From contig NC_043003.1 of NCBI RefSeq assembly GCF_006345805.1, forward strand, positions 101,866,001 to 101,930,000: DNA of 64,000 bases, read 5' to 3'. This DNA is from Octopus sinensis (taxonomy: Eukaryota). Below are positions 1-14,111 of the stretch, piece by piece. Numbering within the stretch: position 1 is the first letter of the stretch; each line of letters begins with the position of its first letter. The notes under the pieces were generated by a model. The model did not search any database and had not been told where the DNA came from. It worked only from the letters and a program-made list of their open reading frames with translations. Both the position numbers and the translations under genes were made by a program.

Positions 1-959
1 CATTTCCAACATGGCGTCTGTCTTCACCTTCCTTACTGGTTCTTCCCGTGCAATTACCACTGAGCATGCACAGAGGATGTGCACGCCTAATCTTGACAGT
101 TCTCTGTTGCATTTGCCTGTCACAAACTTTTCACGTGGCCAGACTTCGACAGCCATGCACACAGTGTTATCATCAACACCACTAATACTGCCACTGCCTC
201 AGCCTTCACTAACATCACCACTGCCATGGTGTCAATGCTAATTTTGACTCATTCCTGCTCCATCATCTGTACAGTAACCAGTTTTGTAGCCTTATACAGT
301 AAATTCCAGTCACTTTGAGTACCACACAGTTGGATGGCCCTTCAAACGGCTTCCTTATCTGAGATGTGACATTTTTTTCACCAACCATGCATTTCAAAAC
401 AGCATTCATTGGAACAATTCCAAAGAACTGAACATTTGCATGTTTTTTTGTTTTTCTTTCATGTTTTTTCAGTCTCATCATGAGCTTTTTTGTTCCAATT
501 TTTTAGATGCACAGCTTTCACCGCAAGATACTGCATCAGACTCTGCAATTGGTGTTGCTTCACAGTGCTTTCAGCAGTTTCACTTGTATATTATTATTGC
601 TCAATGTTCATACACACACACACCACACACACACACACACATGCACATACATACATACATGCTGTCTGCCTCATGCTATCCACTCACACACATTTCTGAG
701 TTTATTCTAGCTGAATGCTTTTCTGAAGCCTTTCTTGGCTGGCAAAAAAGGTCCCTACATGTCTTTGCCATGCATTGCTTCTCTGGTTAGCAGGATGCAC
801 AAACCACCTCTTATAAATGTATTTTTTTTTCTTTGCATCATATAGTGTTCCATGCATTTTCTTCCTTTGGTGCCTGATCAACACCAAGTTACAGGTGTCT
901 GTAATGCACAGCTCTATTGATCAAACAATCAGAGCACTCATTGCAGAAATTAGCAAAGA

Positions 960-1340
960 ATTCATTTACTTTATACGCAAGTGAGCAGGTGAGCGAGTGA
1001 GCGAGTGTGAGTGAGCAAGCAAGTATGTGTAAGAGAGCAAGTGTATGAGAACATGTGTATGAATGAGTAAGCATGCAAGTGTGGGCAAGCAAGCACATGA
1101 GTGTGGGTGAGCAAGCGCATGTGAGAGAGTGAGCAAGCAAGCATACAAGTGTGAGTGAGCAAGCGTGCAAGTGTGAGTGAGCAGGCATGCGAGTGTAAGT
1201 GGACACATGTGAGTGTGAGTGAGCATGTGTATGACAGCATAGAGGTTTTGTGAACGTGTATAGAAGCTTTGTGTGTATAGAGATTTGTAAATGCAGAGAG
1301 ACTTTGTGAGTTTATAAAAGCTTTGTGAGTGCACACAGTG
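960..1340. repeat. Degenerate GAGT/GAGC/GCAA-based simple repeat
   Basis: Imperfect repeats of gtgagtgagcaagc; they produce the H/L/T/C-rich spurious ORFs. Confidence 0.7.
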
Positions 1341-1619
1341 AACAGATTAAAGTGAGAATGAGAAACTATGAAGCAGTGAAAGAGGAAAAAAGATCAGAGC
1401 TCATTACTGAATTAATAATGTGATGTGTGACAATGTTTCACTGTTTATGGCCAATCCTTGTGATGGCCTTGTCCTACTTTACTGACACAGTGAGACTGAT
1501 CTACAGTGTTTATTGTATGTCTGACTAGCAGGGTAATCATGGGATAAGGACGGAGGGTGTGTGTATGTGTGTGCGAGTGTGTGTAGATGATAAAGCATGG
1601 TTGGTAGGGAGGAGGGGAG

Positions 1620-1990
1620 AATGGGGAAAGTTGAGAGAGAGAGAGAGAGAGAGAGAAAGAAGAAAGAGGAAGGGAGAAAGCGGGAGGAAGAAAGAGGGAG
1701 AAAGAAAGCGGGGGGGGGGGCAAGAAAGAGGGAAAGAGAAAGGGAGAGAAAAAAGAGGGAGAGAGGGAGAAAGAAAGAGAGAGAGAGAGGGGGAGGGAGG
1801 GGGGGTCATCTTTGTACAAGTACAGATATACACAAAAATATACCAGAAAGAGAAAAGAAACCAGACAGTAGAGGGAAAAATAGTTTAATAGTGAACGGGA
1901 GGGGAAAGAAAAATAATAGGATGGAGAGAGTAATAGAGAGTAGTGGGGAAGGGATAAGTAATAATATGAAGGGGAGAAAATAGATAGGAG
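1620..1990. repeat. Purine-rich (GA)n/GGA low-complexity tract
   Basis: gagagagaga and gggaga runs are directly visible. Confidence 0.8.
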
Positions 1991-2099
1991 AGAGGGAAAT
2001 AAACAGAATGATGGAAAGAATAGATCTTTGATCATAGTTGTTCCAGATGAGGCCATCACCCCAGCTCTTATTTTTTCCAGGCAATATATCTAAAACTAT

Positions 2100-2335
2100 A
2101 TTATGCGGCGAGCTGGCAGAAACGTTAGCGTGCCAGGCGAAATGCTTAGCCGTATTTCGTCTGCTGTTATGTTCTGAGTTCAAATTCCGCCGAGGTCGAC
2201 TTTGCCTTTCATCCTCTCGGGGTCGATAAATAAAGTACCAGCTTCGTACTGGGTCGATGTAATCAACTTAATCCGTTTGCCCGTCCTTGTTTGTCCCCTC
2301 TATGTTTAGCCCCTTGTGGGTAGTAAAGAAATATA
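2100..2335 (+). mobile_element. tRNA-derived SINE with a Deu/Nin-like central domain
   Basis: A-box-like ggcgagctggcagaa and B-box-like gagttcaaattcc are followed by gtcgactttgcctttcatcctctcggggtcgataaataaagtacc. Degenerate relatives sit near 22270-22400 and 35750-35895. The domain name is from recall. Confidence 0.7.
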
Positions 2336-2650
2336 TATTATGCAATTTTTCTTTAGCAAACTGTTTGATACGAAAGAAATTTGGTTGATATTTTTAACAA
2401 TTTGTGGGATGAGGCAAAGGTGACTTTGTTGGATTTACAGAAGGGTAGAGATTTAGAGAAAATGTTTAAAAGGACAATTGTGAGGGTAGCAGCAATTGAT
2501 GACCCCTTAAAGATAGAAACTCTAGCTTTAGTATAGAATGGGAAAAAATTAGCATAGCTGCACATTATATAACAGGAGGTAAAAGATTAAATTTGTGCAT
2601 ACAAGAAATTTTCCAGATTTTTACATCTAAACACAAGTTGCTTATATATA

Positions 2651-3161
2651 TCTATATATATAAAACTGTAGTTGTGTGAGTGTCTGTCTCCTACGATTTA
2701 GATTTCTAACTCCTCCCACATTTTGCGGTGCAGTTTAACCAAATTCGGGTATCTTATAGTCGTGATTCATATCGAGCCCGTCTGGCTATTAGCGCGCGTC
2801 TACGATGAGTCTACGATTTTAAAAATAATTTAACATCATTTCATTTTAATGCATAATTTTTCGTGTGTCGATGGCGGCGGAGTTGGCATCCACGCTCAAA
2901 CACCTGCACCTGTGTTTACTTCTCTGCCTTCTTCCCTCCCTCGTGAAGCTGTGGGGAAGGGAGTTTAAGGAAATCAACGTCGTAAAGCGTTGTCAAGGAG
3001 ACCAGCGTTCTTTTAGAACAAACGACTTCATGGCTTGAAGACACCAAAACAGAAATGGCTAAGAAAGCCCGAATTGGCATCTATAAAGGAAGTAACTCTC
3101 TAAAAATGCTTATATAGTTATTTCCCTTACAAACCCGAGCAACGCCGGGCGATACTGCTAG
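2651..3161 (+). mobile_element. Non-autonomous Helitron-like element
   Basis: Begins TC(TATATATATAAAA) after an A, ends with hairpin cccgagcaacgccggg then CTAG followed by T (A|T insertion, no TSD). A relative is at 60188-60568. Confidence 0.75.
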
Positions 3162-3166
3162 TATAT

Positions 3167-3198
<32 letters not shown>

Positions 3199-3372
3199 AA
3201 AGGCCAGCACACTGTCAAACAAGATTCTCAGGGACAGAAAAAGCCTCAGGAGACATAGGTCAAAGATCTAAAAGTGGCTGGATAGATAACTGACGGATAG
3301 AGAGAAGCCTGTCTTAACTTGGATGCTCCTAGTAATTGAAAGTAAAGATCAAACTCTCTCATGAAAGGGAAA

Positions 3373-3407
<35 letters not shown>

Positions 3408-3423
3408 AAGAAAGAGAGAGAGA

Positions 3424-4735
3424 AGAGCTGTGGAAAGCGAAAAACAAATTCCAAAGCTTTCTATAAATTCGCAAAGGAAACAGCTTCAATATAAAATAGA
3501 ACCATTGTTCCAAGGAAATGACTCACTGACAGCAGACCCAGGAAGAATAAGTGAGATACTCTCAGTGAACAATTTAAAAGTGTCTTCACTTCCCCCCTTG
3601 GACACATGCAGATAAAAAATCCAGCTGAATTCTTTGATATTGAAGCTCTTAAAAAGGAGGTGCCAGACATTGATTACATCAACATTGAGGAAACATGTAA
3701 TAGTGGCCATGGATGAAGGAGTTCATGCTCTGCCACTGGTCCTGATGGCTTCCCAGCTATTCTCCTAAAGTCAGAAGCAGGTTTTAGTGAAACCATTTCA
3801 GATACTTTTCCAAAGTTTCCTTGCAAGTGGTATACTTCCTAAAAACTTTCAAGTACTGCAATATAAACTCAGTACAAATATAGTACAATGTACATTTACA
3901 GCACCTGAAGGCACTACAATCCCAGAGTCAAAGGCAGTGAAAGATTTGAGGATCAGTATGTGCAATGATGCATCATTTCATATGAACATAAGCAAGATGG
4001 CAGCAAAGTGCAGACAACTGGCAGGATGGATGCTGAGATCCTTCAAGACAAGAGACCAAGAAACTATGTTGACCCTGTGGAGAACCTTTGTTCTCAACTG
4101 CCTGGACTACTGTTCCTAGTTATGGTCACCGCATAGTGCCAAACTAACAGCAGAGCTTGAAGCAGTCCAAAGCCACTACAGTAAAAAGATTGAAACAGTG
4201 CAGTGGATGAGCTACAGGGATAGGCTGAGAAAACTACAGCTCTACACCTTAAAATGAAGGCATGGCAGATAAGCAATAATATACATATGGAAAATCTTAG
4301 AAGGGCTAGTACCAAACTTTGGCATCGAGTGTAATACAAATGCGTGAATCAGCCGCCATTGTATTGTACCAAAGGTGCTGTCCACTCCATCTAAATTCAG
4401 GACCAGGTATTGCAATATTCCAGGGTTCAAAGGTCAACAGCTTTTCAATACCCTGCCACAAAAATAAAGAAATTTGCATAAAGTGGAAGTAGATGTCTTC
4501 AAAAAGGAATTAGACATCCTCTTCTCCACAGTACTGGATGAACCAACAGCCCAACATGAGTTACAGATGAGGGCAACAGAATCAAACTCAATTATACAGC
4601 AAATGTACCAACAACTGGGAAAAAGGAACATACAAGAGTTATGATGTGGAACACCCAAGCTAAGGAAATCAGAACGACCATGGTGCTGCTCCAGCGTGAT
4701 CACAGCCACATGGCAAAAATGAGTAAAAGAGTATA
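3424..4735 (+). mobile_element. Degraded CR1/L2-type LINE 3' portion with the RT core internally deleted
   Basis: Homologous to the LINE at 8764-11895 (e.g. CRQLAGWMLRSFKTRDQETMLTLWRTFVLNCLDYCS). It jumps from ASGILPKNF to the post-RT region near 3850-3895 and ends in a gagtaaaagagta tail. Confidence 0.85.
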
Positions 4736-5174
4736 TATACATATATCTATACTGATACGAACACAAAAAAATGTAGACGAACAAAAAAAACATTATGCCC
4801 CTTGTTCCATTAGTTGGGATAGAACCGGTGTTCCAGTTGTTCAGGTCAGTGGTTTTTCCTTTGTCCTGTCAAGGAGCATGGTTATTGATGGCCGTAGGCA
4901 CTTGATCTCTGGCCCTGTACGGTCACGGAGAGTTTAAAAAAAAAGATAAAGTTTTGGCAAGAGAAATACGCACTGTTGACGTACGGTATGTCTCTCTTTC
5001 TGGCTGACGGCCTAATATATACGGATAGCGCTAAGTTGCAAGGGCAGTCAGAGATGACCGGACGAGGGGGAAGACGTGGTTTGACAGAGAGAGACAGGGG
5101 CAGTTGGAGACTGGCAAGTGATGTAGTTGGGATACTGCGCTTCGCCGAATAGAAATATAAAATGAAGAAAATGT

Positions 5175-5973
5175 GGATCTTTTCCTTTTGAACAGCACTT
5201 TGTAACATAATTTCTAGGTAACTAAAAAGTTTTAAACTTCGTATACTGGTAGAATGTGTTTATAAAACATCATTTTCTCTTGGTTTTATTGAGTAAATTC
5301 TATAGTTTGTAAGATATTTCGTCTGAAATTTTGAGCATTTCGGCAATTTTAACCAATCGATTACCTCCATTGAGCTAAAATCATTTGCTGTGTCTAAAAC
5401 TGAGACAACATCCTGTCACTAACCCTAAAAACCTCACCCTAAGTTTTTTTTTCCTAATTATTAAATTAATTTAATTGTTATGCGTGTAAAAAAAACGAAA
5501 GCAATGGAAAATAATTTAAACAATTAATAAGCAAAATAATTCTATAATTTTATACACACGCTTTCCGTACGTATACGGAAAGTGTGTGTGTGTATAAAAT
5601 TATAGAATTATTTTGTTTCTTAATTGTTTAAATTATTTTCCATTGCTTTCGTTTTTTTTACACTCGTAACAATGAAATTAATTTAACAATTAACAAAAAA
5701 AAATTTAGGGTTAGGGTTGGGGTGAGGTTTAGGGTTAGTGACAGATGTCTCAGTTTTAGACGCAGAAAATGATTTTAGCTTAATTAGAGGCGATTCATTG
5801 GTTAAAATTCGAAAAATTAAACTACGTTAAACAAACGAATTACAATTTTATCAAGAAACATCCAAGCCGATAAGAGAAAGAAAATGTTTTATTTTCACAC
5901 ATTCTACAAGTATACGAAGTTTTAAAGTGTTTAGTTAAGTAGAAATTGTGTGCCGTTCAAAGGGAAAAGATCC
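5175..5973. mobile_element. Fully palindromic foldback/MITE-like DNA element with an 8-bp target-site duplication
   Basis: Termini GGATCTTTTCC / GGAAAAGATCC; arms are mirrored about tttccgta-cgta-tacggaaa (about 5572); GAAAATGT is directly repeated at 5167-5174 and 5974-5981. Confidence 0.85.
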
Positions 5974-6552
5974 GAAAATGTGGCTGGTAAATGTTTTTTT
6001 GGATGTTTTAAACTTTGATGTGTTACATGTTTAAAGAAAGAAAAGAAAAACTTTGTGGTGTTAACTGTTGAAAAGAAAAGGAAAAAATAAAGGAAACTTT
6101 GAGGTGTTAAATGTTGAGAAAAACTCTAACGTTTACCGTCGAAAAGAAAACAAAAAAAAAAGAACTTTGTTGTAAATGTTTAAAAAAAAGGAAAAAGTAA
6201 GACTTTGTGGCATTAACTGTTTGAAAATAAAAGAAGAAAAAAAGAAATGAGTTGTTGACTGTTTTTAGAAGAAGGGAAGAGAGAAAAGAAAGAAGAAAAA
6301 AGAACTTTTGCGAAACAAACTCATAGAAAAAAAAAAATTGGGTAAAAAAAAGGGGAAAGAACTCTGTGTTGTTAAATGTATTTTTTTTTAAGGAACTAAC
6401 AAAAAAAGAACTTTCCTAGCTTTGTTAGCCATTGTTGTTGGATGTTTTGTTAAGTAAAAAAAAAATTGCTTTGATTACTCAACGCCTATGTGTGTTATTC
6501 CTTTTGTTGTTGTTGTTATATATAAACATATACATACATATATACACATATT

Positions 6553-6877
6553 AAAAGACTCCGCCGGTTACGACGACGAGGGTCCCAGCTGATACGATCA
6601 ACGGAACAGCTTGCTCGTGAAATTAACGTGCAAATGGCTGAGCATTCCACAGACACGTGTACCCTTAACGTAGTTCTCGGGGATAATCAGCGTGACACAG
6701 AGAGTGACAAGGCTGACCCTTTGAAATACAAGTACAACTCATTTTTGCCAGCTGAGTGGACTGGAGCAACGTGAAATAAAGTGTCTTGCTCAAGGACACA
6801 ACGCGTCGCCGGGAATCGAACTCACAACCTTACGATCATGAGCCGAATGCCCTAACCACTAAGCCACGCGCCCTCAC
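6553..6877 (-). mobile_element. tRNA-derived SINE with a CORE-like domain
   Basis: Minus strand reads gggcgcgtggcttagtggttaggg (A box) ... gagttcgattccc (B box) ... gtgtccttgagcaagacactttatttcacgttgctccagtccactcagctg. Confidence 0.75.
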
Positions 6878-7556
6878 TATACACATATATATATATCTAT
6901 ATACACATACATATACACACACATATATATATACACACATATATATACATATACACATATACATATACACATATACACATACACATATACATATACATAT
7001 ATACATATACATATACATATATACATACATATACATATATACATATATACATATACACATATACATATATACACATATACATATATACATATATACATAT
7101 ACACATATACATATATACACATATACATATATACACATATACACATATATACATATACATATATACATATACATATATATACATATATACATATATATAC
7201 ATATATACATGTATACATATACATATACATATATACATATACATATATACATATTATATACATATATATTACATATATACATAATACATATATATATACA
7301 TATATATATATCATATATATATATAATATATATACATATATATATATATATACATTATATACATATACATATATATACATATATACATATACATATATAT
7401 ACATATATATACATATACATATATATATATACATATACATATATATATATACATATACACATATATATATACATATACACATATATATATACATATACAT
7501 ATATACATATACACATATATATATATATCATATATATATATATATACATTATATAC

Positions 7557-7587
<31 letters not shown>

Positions 7588-7742
7588 CATATATTATATA
7601 TACATATATATAATATATATATATATATACACATATATATATACATATATTATATATACATATATATATATAATATATATATATACATATATATATACAT
7701 ATATATATATATACATATATATATATACATATATATATATAC

Positions 7743-7773
<31 letters not shown>

Positions 7774-7786
7774 CATATATATATAT

Positions 7787-7852
<66 letters not shown>

Positions 7853-8057
7853 CATATATATACATTATATATATACATATATATATATACATATATATAC
7901 ATATACATATACATACTATACATATATATATATACATATACATATATATATATATATAATACATATATATATATACATATATACATATATATATATACAT
8001 ATATACTATATATATATACATATATATACATATATAATATATACAATATATACATAC

Positions 8058-8089
<32 letters not shown>

Positions 8090-8175
8090 ATATACATATA
8101 TACATATATATATATATACATATATTATATATATATACATATATAATATATATATCTATACATATATATATATAT

Positions 8176-8218
<43 letters not shown>

Positions 8219-8763
8219 TTATATATACATATATATATATATATACATATATACATATATATATACATATATATATATACATATATATACATATACATAT
8301 ACATACTATACATATATATATACATATACATATATATATATACATATATACATATATATAATACATATATACATATATATTATACATATATATATACATA
8401 TATAATATATATATATATAATATATACATATATATATATACATATATATACATATATTATATACATATATACATACATAATATATATATATATACATATA
8501 CATATATATATATACATATATACATATATATATATATACATATAATATATATATATACATATACATATATATATATACATATACATATATATATATACAT
8601 ATACATATACATATATATATATACATATACATATATATATATACATATACATATACATATATATATATACATATATATATACATATACATATACATATAT
8701 ATATATACATATACATATATACATATACATATACATATATACATATATATATACATATACATA
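6878..8763. repeat. About 1.9 kb compound (TA)n/(TACA)n microsatellite
   Basis: Directly visible alternating purine-pyrimidine tract. Confidence 0.97.
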
Positions 8764-11700
8764 CAAGCACAAAGCTGGAACTACCACCACATAAGGCCAC
8801 CTCCAACAGATGCAGGATGGCCACCACAGACACCAACACCAACGCACACACCACAAAAATATTTCTACTGAATGTAGGAGGGCTGCTGCGCGGAAACTGT
8901 AAAAAGGAAATTTCATTCCTGAGAGACCTTGTGACATGCAATCAAGCTATATGCATGGCACTCACAGAAACGCATCTTGAACCCGATATAGGTGATGCAG
9001 AAATACACATGCCGCAATATGCAGTCATATGCACAGATAGAAAAGGGAGGAGCCATGGTGGAGTTGCAATGTACATCCGAGATGACCTCACGCCCCAGGT
9101 CCTGCTGTCATATTCAAACTCAGTATGTGAAACTCAAATTGTACACATAAGATAACTGAATATCGTCATATGCACTACATATCGCCCACCAGATGCCCCA
9201 AAACACTCAGGCATGTTTGAAGACTGCCTAACAAAAATAGGAGAAGTCCTCACCAACCTTGAACAGCACAACAGTGTATTCTTCATGGGTGACTTTAACC
9301 TCCCCAATGTGGAATGGCCTGGGGGGCAGATGCTCCCAGGGATGACACACATCAGCAGGCACAGGTGGAGTCCCTGCTCCATCTCACAAATGCCTCTTTC
9401 ATGGAGCAAATAGTTCTGCAACCAACAAGGGCAGATAATATACTGGATCTCTGCTTCACAAACATATGGATATTATCCATAATGTTAATGTGATACCGAC
9501 AATGATCTCGGATCACAACATAATAGAGCTGTCTATGTATGGAACAAAAGCCCCCGCAGACACACAGCCTATACGAAGCACCCACCATCTCTCCAACTTA
9601 AACTTTCATAAAGCCAACTGGAAGTCGATTGAGAAAGAGATCCTCAAACAGGATTGGCCTGAATGTCTCTCCACACCGGACATAAACATGAAACACAAAC
9701 ACTTCATGTCCATAATACAAGCCATATGTGACAAATATGTCCCAATGTGCAGGGCCAGCACACACAAGAACAAAAACAGGATCCCTAGAGAAAGGAGGAT
9801 CTTATGAGACGACGGACAAGGATTGCAAACTGCCTGAGCAAGCACACCAAAAGTGGTGAGAAGTCTCGGCTCGAAGAATGCTAATGGAAACTGAGAAAAG
9901 TCTACATCAGTCCCATGAAAAGGAGAGAGCAGATAAAGAAGCTTGGGTAATAGAAAATATAAAATCAAACCCTAAAGCTTTCTTTAAGTTTGCCAAAGAG
10001 ACAGCCACAGTGCACCAGAGAATAGGACCTCTCTTCCAAAAAGATAGCTCTCTCACAGGAAATCCCACGAGGATAAGTGAAATACTGAACGAACAGTTCC
10101 AAAGTGTGTTCACTACACCTCTAGGACACAGGCAAGTAAACAACCCAGAAGAATTCTTTGCCACTTTACCAGCGGCCAAAGAGACAAAAATTGAGTACAT
10201 CAACATCAAAGAAGATGATATCACACTAGCCATTGATGAGATTGACACAAACTCAGCTGCTGGACCTGATGGATTCCCAGCGATCCTTCTCAAATCGTGC
10301 AAACGAGCCCTTGCAAAACCGTTACAGCTTCTTTTTCAGAGCTTTCTTGCAAGTGGTAAGCTCCCAGTCAAACTGAAAGAGGGGGTAATATGCCCTATCC
10401 ATGAGGGGGTAATATGCCCTATCCATAAGGGAGGTAGCAGAGCAGATGCTAAAAATTATAGGCCTATCTCTCTGACCTCACACATCAGCAAAGTCATGGA
10501 ACGACTAGTCTGTAAGAAACTAATCATGTTCCTTGAAGAAAATGACTTACTGTCTGACACCCAGCATGGATTTCGACCAGGTAGAGGCTGCCTAACACAG
10601 CTCCTGCAACACTATGACTGGGTGTTGAAACAGCTACTAAATGGCTCAAATGTGGATGTAATATATCTTGACTTTGCAAAAGCCTTTGATAAAGTCGACC
10701 ATGGTATGATCTGTCATAGGCGGGAAACTTGGAGAGTGGCTGCACAACTTCCTAAAAGACAGAAAACAGGCAGTTGTGAGCAATGGAGCCACCTCCAGGG
10801 AAACGCAAATAACAAGCGGTGTCCCACAGGGCACTGTCTTGGGGCCACTGATGTTCATAGTGGCCCTTTCAGACATGACTTCAGTTGCTACGATGACCAC
10901 CCTTGCTAGCTATGCAGATGACACAAAAGTCTCCCACGCAATACAAAACCCTGAAAATATTGCGCATCTGCAACATGAGCTGGACACAATATACAGGTGG
11001 GCTGAGGACAACAACATGCAATTTAATGCAGGTAAGTTCCAGGCCCTGCGCTACTGGCACACAAAGGTAAATGACGTGAAGACTGGATACACTGGCCCAG
11101 GAAGAATTGCAATCCCTGAGTCAAAATCAGTGCGTGACCTGGGCATTGACATGAGCAATGATGCATCTTTCCAAATGCATATTGCTAATCTGGTGATAAA
11201 ATGCAGACGGCTAGCTGGATGGATTCTCCGAACTTTCAGAACAAGAGAGAAGGAGACACTGATGGTCCTATGGAAAACATTTGTCCTCAGCTGCTTGGAC
11301 TACTGCTCCCAACTTTGGTCACCACACAATATAAAACAAACAGCAGAACTCAAAGCAACTCAGAGAAGCTACACAAAGAAAATCGTCTCAATGCAAAATG
11401 TCAGCTACTGGGAAAGACTGAAGGTATTAAACCTCTTCTCCCTGGAGCGGAGGCGGGAGAGATATGCAGTGATATACATCTGGAAAATGCTGGAGGGTCT
11501 TGTCCCAAACTTTGGCATTCAAAGTTACTCCAACCGCAGAACGGGGCGCCGCTGCGTGGTGCCAAGGATTCCAACATCACCATCAAAATACAGGTCCAGA
11601 TACTGCAACAGCTTGGGTTTCAGAGGACCACAGCTCTAACATCCTCCCTAATGCCTGAGAGACTTACATGGTGGGATGTGGGTTTCTTTAAAACTAAACT

Positions 11701-11895
11701 GGATCTCTTCTTGTTGGGAGTCCCAGACGAACCTACCTCACGACAGGAAACACGGATGCGGTCAGCAGCATCAAACTCCCTTGTTGATCAAGTGCCATGT
11801 ATCAGAGGTGGATTCACAAACTAGTGTAGCTCATTCAGCGGTGGTGCCCCAGCATGGCCGCGGCCTTCGGGCTAAAACATTTTTAAGGATTTAAG
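8764..11895 (+). mobile_element. CR1/L2-type LINE: ORF1 tail plus frameshifted ORF2 (APE endonuclease + reverse transcriptase) and intact 3' end
   Basis: Endonuclease motifs LLNVGGL, ALTETHL, GGVAMY, MGDFNLP, MISDHN. RT motifs KNYRPISLTS, QHGFRPGR, YLDFAKAFDKVDH, GVPQGTVLGP, YADDTK, LDYCSQLWSP. Several frameshifts and stops. Tail ttttaaggatttaaggattta. Confidence 0.95.
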
Positions 11896-11896
11896 G

Positions 11897-12106
11897 ATTT
11901 ATATATACATATATATATATATACATATATATATACATATATATACATACATATATACATACATACATATATACATATATACATACATACATATACATAT
12001 ATATAACATACATATATATATACATATATATACATATATATATATATACATACATATATATATATATATACATATATACATATACATATATATATATATA
12101 CATATA

Positions 12107-12137
<31 letters not shown>

Positions 12138-12500
12138 ACATATATACATATACATATATACATACATACATATATATTCATATATATATATACATATATA
12201 CATACATATACATACATATATATATATATATACATACATATACATATATACATACATATATATACATATATACATACATATATATACATATATACATACA
12301 TATACATATATACATACATATATATACATATATACATACATATATATACATATATACATACATATATACATACATATATATATATACATATATACATACA
12401 TATATATATATATACATATATACATACATATATACATACATACATATATATATACATACATATATACATACATACATATATACATACATACATACATATA

Positions 12501-12534
<34 letters not shown>

Positions 12535-13963
12535 CATACATACATACATACATACATACATAATACATACATACATACATATATACATACATATATACAT
12601 ATATATATACATATATATATATACATATTACATATATAAATACATATATATATACTATCTAATACATATATATATACATATATAATACATATATATATAC
12701 ATATATAAATACATATATAAATACATATATAAATAATATATAAATATAATATAATCACATATATATACATATATATACACATATATATACATATATAAAT
12801 ACACATATATTACATATATAAATACACATAAATACATATATATATATACATATATAAATACATATATAAATACATATATAAATACATATATAAATACACA
12901 TATATATACATATATAAATACACATATATATACATATATAAATACACATATATATACATATATAAATACACATATATATACATATATAAATACACATAAA
13001 TACATATATATATATACATATATAAATACATATATATATATATACATATATAAATACATATATATATATACATATATAAATACATATATATATATACATA
13101 TATAAATACATATATATATACATATACATATATAGATACATATACATATATAGATACATATATACATATATAGATATATATACATATATAGATACATATA
13201 TACATATATATATTATATACATATATATATATACACATATATATATATATACACATATATATATATATACACATATATATATATATACATATATATATAA
13301 TATATACATATATATAATAATACATATATACACCACATAATATATACACACATATATATACACCATATATATACACACATATATATACACACATATATAT
13401 ACACACATATATTACACACATATATATACACATATATATACACACATATATATACACATATATATACACACATATATATACACATATATATACACACATA
13501 TATATATACACACATATATACACACATATATATACACACATATATATACACATATATATACACATATATATACACATATATATACACATATATATACACA
13601 TATATATACACATATATATATACACATATATATATACACATATATATACACATATATATACACATATTTATATACACATATTTATATACATATATATATA
13701 CACATATTTATATACATATATATATATACACATATATATATATATACACATATATATATACACATATATATATATATACACATATATATATACACATATA
13801 TATACACATATATATATACACATATATATATACATATATATATACACATATATATATACATATATATATACACACATATATATATACATATATATATATA
13901 CATATATATATACATATATATATACATATATATATACATATATATATACATATATATATATAC
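11897..13963. repeat. About 2.1 kb compound (TA)n/(TACA)n/(CACATATA)n microsatellite
   Basis: Directly visible. Confidence 0.97.
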
Positions 13964-14111
13964 AAAGAGCAATAAAGATTCAAGTTAATTTAAATGAATT
14001 TACTTGAATATGGTACCTAACTTAGATGCACCAAAAAAAACTATACTGATTTAACAATACAGTAATGTGGGGTGATTATAAGCGAGAAAGAAGCAACAAG
14101 AATGGATAGGT

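Noticed and set aside
1-960. Short ORFs at the window start
   Set aside because: No recognisable domain, splice pattern or repeat identity could be assigned by eye.
6800-6877. tRNA gene
   Set aside because: The A/B boxes continue directly into a SINE body and no complete cloverleaf is evident. The same applies to the other SINE heads.
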